From Podarcis liolepis (Eukaryota), in NCBI GenBank assembly GCA_965112155.1, contig OZ218098.1: DNA of 64,000 nucleotides; one strand, written 5' to 3'. The translations under genes were made by a program, and so were the position numbers. The notes beneath the pieces are model-generated. The model saw only the letters and a list, made by a program, of their open reading frames with translations. It was not told where the DNA came from and ran no database searches. Shown here piece after piece: positions 42,301-51,610 of the stretch; the first letter of the stretch is position 1; each line of letters begins with the position of its first letter.

Positions 42301-45300
42301 ATCCATCCTACCTTTAAACCATCAAACTAAGAGTGAAAAGCCTGGGTAAAAGAAACATTTTTGCCTGGTGCATAAAAATAGAGATGACACTAGGATTGCC
42401 TCTCTGGGCAGAGCACTCCATAATTAGGCAGCCACCACTGAAAAGGCCTGTTCTCATAGAATTGTAGAGTTGGAAGGGACCCCAAGGTTCATCTAGTCCA
42501 ACCCCCTTTCAATGCGGGACTCTCAGCTAAAGCATCCATGACAGATGACCATCCAACCTCTGCTTAAAAACCTCCAAGGAAGGAGAGTCCACAACCTCCA
42601 AAGAGAGACCACTCCACTGTTGAACAGCTCCTACTGTCGCAAAGTTCTTTCAGATGTTTAGTCTGGAATCAGGAGGCATTTTGCATTATCCCAAAATGCA
42701 GTCAGATGGGCACATTCTCCACAGCATTTGTTACCTTCCTGAGCTGGCTGCTTACAGCTAGCCTCATGGCAGAGCACATCCAGAAGGCGGTGATGCTCCT
42801 CAAACAAGCTGGTGTAAAAGGGAATGGAGATGGATGGGCAGGCACAATCCATGCTCTCACACAAGTGGGCGAAGCACTGTAAGGATAAGAGACAAGGGAT
42901 GCTGTTGCAGTGAGGATAGTATAGGTCTGGGAGTTGTGGGGAGCCTAGAGCAAGAGTGGGGAGGCTTTTTCAACCTGAGGCCCGCATTCCCTTCTGGGCA
43001 ACCTTCCAGAAGCCATATGCTATGCTGTATGTAGCCAAAGACAAAAGAGGGCACAGAAATGAATGTACTACAAATATGTTATATATTTTGGGATGTAGGA
43101 ACAATAGCTGCTCCTCATCTTTGAAAAAGTCAAACTCTGGGTTGGAACCCATTTCTTTCCCAAGCCTTAAAACACACAGGTTCCAGGGGTAGGCAGGGAG
43201 AAGTGAACATTAAATTGAGAAGAAAACTGAATTAAATTTAATATAGTTTCCCTTAAATTAAATTTAATGAAATTAAATTGAGCATTAAACATTAAAAGGA
43301 TGCTGAAGGGAGAAGGAGAGAGACTGAGACAAGATGGAGATGAGTAGACCAGGAGATAGGAGGCTTCAAAGGGACCCTTACCATCAGGCTTTGTTCTCGC
43401 AGCCTGCTCTCTTGGTCTGTGGGCTGAACCAGCAGTGCAGGTAACAGGGCAAGGAAGCGACTGGCAGAACTGTGGAATGCCTGCAAACTAGAGAAGTATC
43501 TGTGTTTATAGGCTTGACATAGAAGCTTAGTCTTGAAACATGGCAGTGAGTTCAACACAGGCACTCAGATTCCCTCTTTCTTTGGCCAGTACTGTATAAT
43601 TGTGTAATGCTCAGAACCTGTATGATGACAGGTAACTAGGGACATTATATGCCATTTCCAGTTCTCAGACTAAATACTGGCACAAGGCATCAGAGTGTGG
43701 AATGAAACTGCTTCTTTTTGGTATTTACTGTATTCATGCACACTGTGCTTTAATTTTGCCTACTCCCATACTGCTGACAACATAGCATAATTCACCTTCA
43801 TATTTCATCTGCCATGAAAGTGTCTTACCTTTGCTTCTTTCCACTCTGCTGTCGGTTGAAATCACTGGCAAAGTAGGCTGACAGGACAGTGATTAAGTCT
43901 ATCAGTAGGGTGATGTACCAGGGCTGCTGTGGGATAGAGAGAGAGGTATGTGTTCTTGGGGCTGGATTCCACCTGGTTGGGTGCCCCATAGAAAGAACCA
44001 GTAATCAAGAACTATGGGAATCATCTGCCAAGGTAAGAAGAATGGGAGGAGGAGGAAACTAACAGAGTTCTGAATAAAGTGGGTTGAATTCTGTGCCAAA
44101 TTTAACCTTTGTACAGATTCACAGAATCTGTAGAGGAAAGACTGTTTTCCATTACAGTGTAAACTCCATGCAGCACAAAATTTGGGATCAAAGAATGAGG
44201 CTTTTAAATAATCTCACCAATAAATGTTTTTAGTTCCCAGTTATCCAGATATATGTTAAACATGCTGGTATCAGCTGTGGTAAGGTCAGACACCCTAGAG
44301 GTTTCAAGCAATCAGGTGATAAAGTTACTCACCCAAGCCCTCGGTTCCTAGCCCCTTGTCCGCCATTCATACCTCCTCTTCTTCCTAGCTGCTTATGATT
44401 CTTGTCAAAATATCCCAGATTCTGCAGAACACTCTAACAGTGCTTTTAACCTTGTGCAAGTTAAATACTTTTACATAATGAACCTTCTTTTTTAAAAAAA
44501 ATCCAAATACTATATGCTTAGTTTGGATTATAGTCCAATAAGAAAAAGGTCCAAATAACAGCCTGCTATACACCTAGATGCTTTAACTCTTCAAAATGCA
44601 AGTACCCGACATGGTGTCCTCCAGATAATGTGGTCATCATCCCTGACCATTGGCCATGCTGGGAGGGAGGGAGTTGTAGTCCAAAGCATCTGGAGGGCAC
44701 CACGTTGGCTACCCCCAGTTTTGGCGAATGCCTCTTCTCTACCTGCTTGATGTTGATACTCTCCAGGATACTTCCCGCTAGCTCCACAAGGAAGTGGGAT
44801 AATCCTGTGTCACTGCAGAAGTTGTACAACAGCTCCGTGTCACAGCGGGTACCTAACAAGTTGCCAATAACATGGAGGGCAGGGCGAAGATGGGAAGCTC
44901 CCTCCAGCATTCCCTCCAACACCTGTATAAGGAAAAGGGGTAAATGTACATAGGACATACAACTCTTCCCCATACAGACCTTCCCTACACCAATGCCTAA
45001 AGTGCTCTAGAAACACCATACAAACTACTGATTCCACAGTCACTCTGTCTTCAACAGCATCACAGCACACTCTTGCCATCCCAAAATTCATCCATGAGAT
45101 GTTGCTCCCAACTAAAGAGTTAATGACATGCCCAGCTTCCTTTCTAGGATCCACACATTTTTATAAGACCTCTATACCCTGTCAAGTCTTAAGAGTCTCC
45201 ATCTTTCCAAGCTGTCCCTAGTCTCTATGTACGTGGCTCATCATGTACTAGCTGAAAGGCCAAAACTACCAAAGGAATTCAACAAGTTTCCACCAGTTTC

Positions 45301-45334
45301 TTTCCTCTTCTCTCTGTAGGAAATCTCTGTAGGA

Positions 45335-45382
<48 letters not shown>

Positions 45383-48300
45383 AGCCCTTCCCTACAACTC
45401 ACCTGCTGACCAGAATCCTTGAGTCGGGCATGGATGCGCTGCACAAAAGCAGGGTCTCCCAGAAGGCTCAGTGGGGCACTCAGCTGCACATGGGCAGGAT
45501 CTGTGGCATCTATCAAGTGCTGCCACTCCTCATCGCTATCCAACTCCTAAGAGGCAAGAGTGAGTCAGTGAGGACCACCACCATCAGAAAGCCAAGAAAG
45601 TACTTCCTTGCAACTATGCAAATGACTGTGGTACCTGGCCATGCGCTCACCTCGGTCTCCAGATCCACAGTGTCAATGCTGCGTCTGCTTCGTGCTTCTG
45701 CTCTGCCACTTTCTGGCCTCAGCTCTGGGAATTCCCGCTCGTAATCCTGTGTGATCCGATTCTCTCTGTCCATGAAGAAGAGGGATGAGAGGCTGAAGGC
45801 AGGCTACACAGCAATGAAATGTTCTCACCCCAGCTTTGGTTTTCTCTTGTAAAGGACCCCTGGACGGTTAAGTCCAGTCAAATGGAGTGCAGCACTCCGA
45901 CTATGGAGTGCAGCACTCATCTCACTTTCAGGCCGAGAGAGCCAGTGTTTGTCCGTAGACAGCTTTCCAGGTCATGTGGCCAGCATGACTAAATCGCTTC
46001 TGGTGCAACGGGACACCATTAAGAGTGCCAGAGAGCACAGAAATGCCATTTACCTTCCCACCGCAGCAATACCTATTTATCTACTCACAATGGTATGCTT
46101 TCAAACTGCTAGGTTGGCAGAAGCTGGGACATATATATGTCAGCTAATTCAGTTGTTTCCAGTGTTGTCTTGGTCATTTGGTATTACTTAGAGCAACAGT
46201 ATCTCTATCTGAAAATCCTGCAGGCTGGAACTTACGTTTCTATGTATAACTTTGTCCAGAGCTGTTTTGCTGAGCCTATGACTTCTACGGCAGTAAAAGA
46301 TTTGGACCTTACTCTGATTCTGTGTGGTGTCTGGTACTGCCAGCTTTAGATCCACACTTCCCTTGCACGTGTATCATATACCACATTCCCAACAAAATAA
46401 ATGTATTTCAACTCCTCCTTCTCACCGAGGTGTGGGGGAAGATTCCTTTTGCTCCCACTCCATTCCCTTTCCTCCAAGGCTAGGGTGCCTCTCTTCTCCA
46501 GTGCCAGGAGCTGCCCGATTCACTTCTCTGGGATCTGTCTGAGCAAGGCAGGCTTTGCGTGTGTGGCTCTGGACCCCCTTGGGGGTTTCTTCCTTAAACG
46601 AAGACCTGGATTTCCCCATCTCCTGTAAGAAGTCAAGCAACACAGGAAGATTCTAATGGACTGGACCCCACCATACTGTAAGTCGCCTTGCCAGCAATGG
46701 TACTACCTGCCTCTCACCTTTCTCCGAGCCTCCTGGGCCATCTTCTGCCGTGCTTTCCTCAAGATCTTTGACTGGCCACTGTGAGGGGCCAGCGAGTGTG
46801 TCTGCTGCTCTTTCAGAGCCTGCAGTTCAGGAGGCAGTTTGCTGGTGAAAGGGTTGGTAATGCCTTGATCCGCTGTGTCATCAATTACTGCAAAAGAGAA
46901 GGTCGGTGACTGGGCTTGCTTGAATTGGGCTCTGTAAGGAAAGACAGATGCAGGAGCCAGATGGGAGGAAATTGCAAGTAAGCATGGCAGCTGGTACTCA
47001 CCAGTGACCCGCCCTGCAATGAAGGGGTGATAGAGTAGTTCTGGCCAGGACAGGCGCTGCCGAGGGTCTTTCATCAACAGGCCTTGCAAGAAGCTCTACA
47101 CAGTAATGAGAGATGGTCACTTGCACGTCCTCACACTACTTATAGTCTATAACCCCAGCTGCTAGTTTTACAAGGAAAACCTTGGAGCCAATGAAATTCC
47201 TTGGTCGCTGTGGGAAGAGTCTATTCAATCCATGCATACAAAAAGCACATTTTCCAGAATGCTCCCATTTTTTTCATTTTTAAGTTTCTAGCTCTGAAGA
47301 TTACTGAAAAAAGTCTTGCAAACATGGCTGCATATCTGCCTTAAGAAAGAAACCTGGTGGCCCCAATACCACCAAAACATGTTTGCACACAGAACTACAT
47401 TCTTTGGCACAGATGTAGCAATGTGGTGTCCTTCAGACATGTTGGACAACATTTCTGTAACCACTGGCCATGCTGGCTGTGGCTGATACAGTCAAAATTA
47501 TTGGGGGGCATCCCTGCCTTAGCAAGTACACTCATCCCAGTCTAATCCCCACAGGCAGTGGGGTAGGATAAGGATTGGAGAATGCACTTAAAAACTGTAT
47601 TTCTACCTTTTAGACATACACACCAACAATGTGAAAGAGGCCAAGTGGCATGAGTGAACAAAATCTAAGGTGTTCAAGCTTCCAAGGAGAGAACAAACTC
47701 AAACCACAGATACATACAGTGTAATGCCAGAGATACAGATAGCTGAGTTTGAGTCATGGGAAACCCAAATGTATAAGCTTCTAGAGCAAAATATATCTCT
47801 TATGGCCCTTAGCAGGGCAATCTACCTTACAGGGCTCTTGTGTGTTGATCAAACGAGACTAAAGAAGCAATGCATCTAAACCTGCCCTGAGATCATTGGA
47901 TGGAGTGTGGACGGCATTTAAGTACAGTTACCTTGAAGTTGGGGCTCATGTTTTTTGGCCACTTGATGGGGTCCTTGATGATCAAGCTCACCAACTGGAA
48001 GATGCTGTTGGTGTAGAAGGGTGGTGTCCCCACACACAGCTCATACAGAATGCATCCCACTGACCAGAGGTCAGCTGTGTGGTCATAGGGTTTCTCTTCC
48101 ACTAGCTCAGGCGCCATATACAGTGGAGTGCCTTTTATAGATGTCAGCACCATGGTGTGAATACTCATTGCACGGGCAAACCTTCCCAGGAAAGAAAGAA
48201 GACAACTGAGACCTTTCAGTAATGAGACCAGAGATTGGTTGGGGAGATCAGTTCTTAACGTACCTACCCAAAGTCACAGAGCTTGATCACTCCTCCTTTC

Positions 48301-50283
48301 CCAAGAAGGATGTTTTGGGGTTTCATGTCACGGTGCAAGATTCGGTGGGAATGCAGATAATAGAGCGCCGAAACCAACTGAGAGGCAATATCTTGCACCT
48401 GAAAGAAAATGACAACCCTGATACTTTGCAAAGCCCATTTAATCCTGTAGGGATGCTCCACATCTCCAGCATAAAACTTCCATTCCTTTTTGTTATCTTT
48501 GCCGATGCCCCTCAATTGTGAATCACAAGTCCTTCCCCAACACACAGAAATCTACTTGTATTATCCTAAGACAATTAGATCTATTTTTATCCTTGAGGGC
48601 AGCAGAGAGCAAGCATTTCCACTCTTCTATGTACCCTTCAGGTATTTGAAGACTGCAATCATGTCCATCTGCTGCTAGACTTCTTTTCTCCAGATTCAAC
48701 ACTAGTTCAAAACACATATGTTCACTCAGGCATCACTTGAAGTGTGACTCCAGATATTCTTATTTATTTAGGATAAGGGCTGTAACTCAGTGGTAGAGCT
48801 TTGCATACAGAAGGTCCCAGGTTCAATCCTCAGCATCTCTAGATAGGGCTGGCAATGTCCCTTGTCTAAAACACTGGAGAGTCACTGCCAGTCAAAGCAG
48901 ACATAACTGAGCTAGATGGACTAATGGTTTGACTCAAGGCAGCTTCCTATCTTCTTATTACTAATCATGGTGAATTTTATACTGAGTTTGTAATGTTTTA
49001 TGGTTTATTGTGTTTTTATATTGTACCATACACCACTTTTGATATTCCAGTTTGAGCAATATATAAACTGGTTAAAAAAATTAATAAACAAAAAGACATA
49101 CAGTACCAACTTCCTTAAACCTTTCCTTGATTTAATCTGTTCTAATATCATCCCTGGTATCAAATTCAGAAGGATGGGTCTCTAGTTTCTCAGATCATCT
49201 TTTTAAAGATTGGGACTGTCTTGTTAGCACCTCAGTCACTATTCCAGTAGATGTAACAGGTTCATGTCAAAGTACACAGCTGGAGGGTTTATGGCCTAGC
49301 AGAGACTGACACCTACCCAGACTCCAGCTACTCTCCCATTCCTGGAGTCATTCATCACACTGAATCCCCACTTACTCTTCTGGTCATAGTTACCTGCTCC
49401 TCAGGCAAGTTCCCATCATCCTCAAGGATCTGAAAAAGCTCCCCTTCAGCATAATCTGTCACTACTACAACCTAAAGGAGATAAACAAGACCAGAATGCC
49501 AATGAGAACATTTTCAAAGGTGGGACACTTGTGGGTAGGGAATGACAGTATGACTAATCTCTCTGTATTGTTTGAAGCCAACAGGAAACCACCATCAAAA
49601 GAAGAGTGTGCAGCAGCTACCAACACATTTTTATTTGATGAAGGTCCCTATGGACCTAGGTACTCATTGGGACATCTGGAGAACACCATATAACCTAAAC
49701 TTCATCAAACAAAATGTAGCCGTTTTCAGGCCTTTCTGCTTCTTGGGGGACTTTCCACAGAGCCAGGAAGACACCATTTTCTTGTTCACCTCCCACACTT
49801 AAAAAGGACTCCCAGCAAGTCCTTTACCTCTTTATCAGTCTCAAAACTGTCAAGCATCTGGACAATGTTGGGATGATGAAGCCCCCTCATGATCTCAATC
49901 TCTCGCTGCAAATTCTTCAGCTCTTTCTGTGAGCGACCCACTTTAGGGATAAACTTCAAGGCCACCACCTGCCAAAAAATTATTATTATTTTAAAAGGCT
50001 GGAAATGTGTCATACACTACTTTCCCCTCTGTCTGTCCCTGAAAAACTCATTGTGAAACAATGACCACTGCAGGCTCAGGAGCAGACTTCTTACATAGCA
50101 ATCTTTGGAAACAAATCTCCCTAAATTAACTCTCTTGCCTGTTGATGAGGTCCATCCCCATTCCCTTGTGCACTCTGCCCTGTTCCCTTGTGCTCTTACC
50201 TGTGCACTGTATTTGCGACGCCCCTTGTACACTCTTCCAAAAGAGCCTTCGCCAATCATCTCCAAGACATGATACTTCTCCAT
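33238..50283 (-). CDS. STK36: STK36 (Fused homolog) serine/threonine kinase, complete CDS in 26 exons (3975 nt, 1324 aa)
   Basis: N-terminus [37 protein letters not shown] with intact kinase motifs (GxGxx[19 protein letters not shown]) and C-terminal HEAT/ARM repeats ([27 protein letters not shown]); all 26 exons GT-AG and in phase. Confidence 0.96.
33690..33903 (+). mobile_element. CR1 LINE 3' end fragment
   Basis: GGAGGTTGGATGGCCA...GATTCCTGCATTGTAGGGGGTTGGGCTAGATGACCCTTCCAAC and ATTCTATGATTCT tail. Confidence 0.8.
34739..35482 (-). CDS. STK36: STK36 coding exon 25 (HEAT/ARM repeats)
   Basis: [26 protein letters not shown]...[20 protein letters not shown]. Confidence 0.93.
35946..36105 (-). 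CDS. STK36: STK36 coding exon 24
   Basis: [31 protein letters not shown]...[12 protein letters not shown]. Confidence 0.9.
36573..36938 (+). mobile_element. Sauria SINE, full length
   Basis: Same head, core and tail as the copies at 13159 and 61007; degenerate TSD tgttgcaccaagc / tgttataccaaagc. Confidence 0.88.
37519..37666 (-). CDS. STK36: STK36 coding exon 23
   Basis: [50 protein letters not shown]. Confidence 0.9.
37898..38069 (-). CDS. STK36: STK36 coding exon 22
   Basis: [28 protein letters not shown]...[11 protein letters not shown]. Confidence 0.9.
39121..39247. mobile_element. Decayed palindromic hAT-type MITE
   Basis: GCCAACTAGGTGCCCCCAGATG / CATCTGGAGGTCACCAGGTTGGC; further remnants near 38762-38900, 44600-44718 and 47410-47520. 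Confidence 0.6.
39292..39366 (-). CDS. STK36: STK36 coding exon 21
   Basis: [25 protein letters not shown]. Confidence 0.9.
39504..39614 (-). CDS. STK36: STK36 coding exon 20
   Basis: [37 protein letters not shown]. Confidence 0.87.
40088..40151 (-). CDS. STK36: STK36 coding exon 19
   Basis: [21 protein letters not shown]; tttag / gtgagt. Confidence 0.85.
40892..40986 (-). CDS. STK36: STK36 coding exon 18
   Basis: [31 protein letters not shown]; gtaagt donor. Confidence 0.85.
41457..41552 (-). CDS. STK36: STK36 coding exon 17
   Basis: [32 protein letters not shown]. Confidence 0.87.
41726..41830 (-). CDS. STK36: STK36 coding exon 16
   Basis: [35 protein letters not shown]. Confidence 0.87.
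41941..42068 (-). CDS. STK36: STK36 coding exon 15
   Basis: [43 protein letters not shown]. Confidence 0.85.
42455..42670 (-). mobile_element. CR1 LINE 3' end fragment, adjacent to an L2-like fragment (about 42335-42455)
   Basis: Reverse complement of the same CR1 3' end (CATAGAATTGTAGAGTTGGAAGGGACCCC...CATCCAACCTC). Confidence 0.8.
42735..42876 (-). CDS. STK36: STK36 coding exon 14
   Basis: [47 protein letters not shown]. Confidence 0.88.
43382..43487 (-). CDS. STK36: STK36 coding exon 13
   Basis: [36 protein letters not shown]. Confidence 0.88.
43829..43926 (-). CDS. STK36: STK36 coding exon 12
   Basis: [32 protein letters not shown]; NAGNAG acceptor (cag|cag). Confidence 0.88.
44743..44922 (-). 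CDS. STK36: STK36 coding exon 11
   Basis: [28 protein letters not shown]...ESINIKQ. Confidence 0.92.
45339..45380 (+). repeat. (GT)21 microsatellite
   Basis: Perfect dinucleotide array. Confidence 0.97.
45403..45546 (-). CDS. STK36: STK36 coding exon 10
   Basis: [48 protein letters not shown]. Confidence 0.92.
45651..45765 (-). CDS. STK36: STK36 coding exon 9
   Basis: [38 protein letters not shown]. Confidence 0.9.
45849..46129 (-). mobile_element. Sauria SINE, 5'-truncated, older
   Basis: Reverse complement of the Sauria core (ACCTATTTATCTACT, CTGCTAGGTTGGCAG) and 3' end (GTAAAGGACCCCTG). Confidence 0.82.
46426..46622 (-). CDS. STK36: STK36 coding exon 8
   Basis: [12 protein letters not shown]...[12 protein letters not shown]; phase fits neighbours. 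Confidence 0.85.
46718..46887 (-). CDS. STK36: STK36 coding exon 7
   Basis: [29 protein letters not shown]...QEARRK. Confidence 0.92.
47002..47095 (-). CDS. STK36: STK36 coding exon 6
   Basis: [31 protein letters not shown]. Confidence 0.93.
47932..48181 (-). CDS. STK36: STK36 coding exon 5
   Basis: [47 protein letters not shown]...SPNFK. Confidence 0.94.
48268..48398 (-). CDS. STK36: STK36 coding exon 4
   Basis: [44 protein letters not shown]. Confidence 0.94.
48777..48951 (+). mobile_element. tRNA-derived SINE (squamate family), decayed
   Basis: GGGCTGTAACTCAGTGGTAGAGC...AAGGTCCCAGGTTCAATCC head, CTGGAGAGTCACTGCCAGTC body, AAGGCAGCTTCCTAT tail; relatives at about 36270-36430 (+) and 11990-12165 (-). 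Confidence 0.72.
49394..49471 (-). CDS. STK36: STK36 coding exon 3
   Basis: [26 protein letters not shown]. Confidence 0.93.
49828..49968 (-). CDS. STK36: STK36 coding exon 2
   Basis: [47 protein letters not shown]. Confidence 0.94.
50200..50283 (-). CDS. STK36: STK36 coding exon 1
   Basis: [28 protein letters not shown]; preceded by an acceptor at 50315-50316, implying an upstream non-coding exon. Confidence 0.94.
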
Positions 50284-51059
50284 GATGGGAATGTGGGGAG
50301 GGGTGGGTATTAATCTGAAAGGGCAGAGACAAGAGATTAAGCTAAACACGAACAGTAAATGAAAAATGTAAGCACAATGGCAAAGCATGTCAATTCACAA
50401 TACCATTTTGCAAAGTTATTATTATTATTTATTATATTTGTATACCTCCCTTCATCTGAAGATCCCAAGGCTGTTCACAACAGAAAAATGCAAAATAAGC
50501 ATACAAATCATGCATGTGTGGTCAAAACCAAGAATCAAAAAGAAAAAAGGGAGCGAAGCAGTCAGAAAAGGTTGGGGAAAGGGAAATAGACTCTGGCAAA
50601 GCCAGTATGACATGCATATCAGGCAAACAGCTCCAAAGAGGGGCCCCAGATCTCAGAATAGTTGTGCTTTTTGCATCTCCAGGCAAAATGCATGAGATGC
50701 ATTACAAGAAAGCTCTCCAACCAAGGAGCTATTGGAGGAGATATCAAGTCCTTGCAATGCTGTAAAACCATTCGCTTAGCCACCAATAAAGCATGCAAGT
50801 TCCAGGACATTAGGATATAACAGAGCCATCCATGACCATCCAAATATTTCAGGGACAGTCTCATAACAAAATTAATTTGAGCAAGCACCTTCACCGAAAA
50901 AGAAGCCAATGCAAGGCATGTTTTTAATGCTTCCCTAGAAAAAAGTTAAGGCACCCCTGGTCCAAAGTGCCCATCAGGAGTCCATCAACACACACAGTCT
51001 TTTTAGCCATCTTCTTGCCTGCACAACTCTCCGAATCCCTTTTGCTATACTGTATAAAG

Positions 51060-51610
51060 TCCTCACCCGGCCACGGCGTCTTGAGGAGCCTCCCAAGGCG
51101 ACGATCCTACGCCCACTTACTTAGGAGTAAGCTCCGCAAAAGTGAAATGGGGCAGAGAAATGCACACAAGGTCGGGCTGTGCGCTGCAACCCGACACCGG
51201 CTCCTTCGCCTCAGCCTCCTCCTTCCAGGTCAATCCAGAGGAAGGACAGAAGCACCCACGTCCCACCCGCCCCGTCTGACAAAGCCTTTGCAGCGCTGAG
51301 CCCCGGCGGGGGCCGTTGGAACCCGGCGGCTCGAGAGTAGGGCGGGGCGGGGCGGACGGAGGCTGGTTATCAGCGCAGGCCCCGCGCAACGGCGTCTCCC
51401 GGCTGTTGCCTAGCAACTCTCATCGCCGGAAGAGAACCCGGCAAGCATTCCAAAGCGGTTGAGTTTCCGGGCCTGTCAAGATGGCGGCGACCGGCGACAG
51501 CGAGGAGCAGGAGGAGTTGGCTGCGGATTGGTAAGGGAGCGGTTCGGCCTTGTGTGTCCTCCTTTCTCTCTCAGCGGAAGGCAGATGAGCAAATGCCTGG
51601 CGGATCCCCC
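51060..51610. promoter_or_regulatory. CpG island, bidirectional promoter of STK36 and RNF25
   Basis: Tandem GC boxes 51340-51355, RFX X-box GTTGCCTAGCAAC 51405-51417, ETS-type CCGGAA sites at 51426 and 51464-51470, YY1 motif CAAGATGGCGGC 51477-51488 overlapping the RNF25 ATG; candidate STK36 non-coding exon donor at 51119-51120. Confidence 0.85.
51481..51530 (+). CDS. RNF25: RNF25 exon 1
   Basis: MAATGDSEEQEELAADW; strong Kozak aagATGG; gtaagg donor. Confidence 0.9.

Noticed and set aside
48777-48840. Functional tRNA gene
   Set aside because: Deleted anticodon arm, followed by a SINE body
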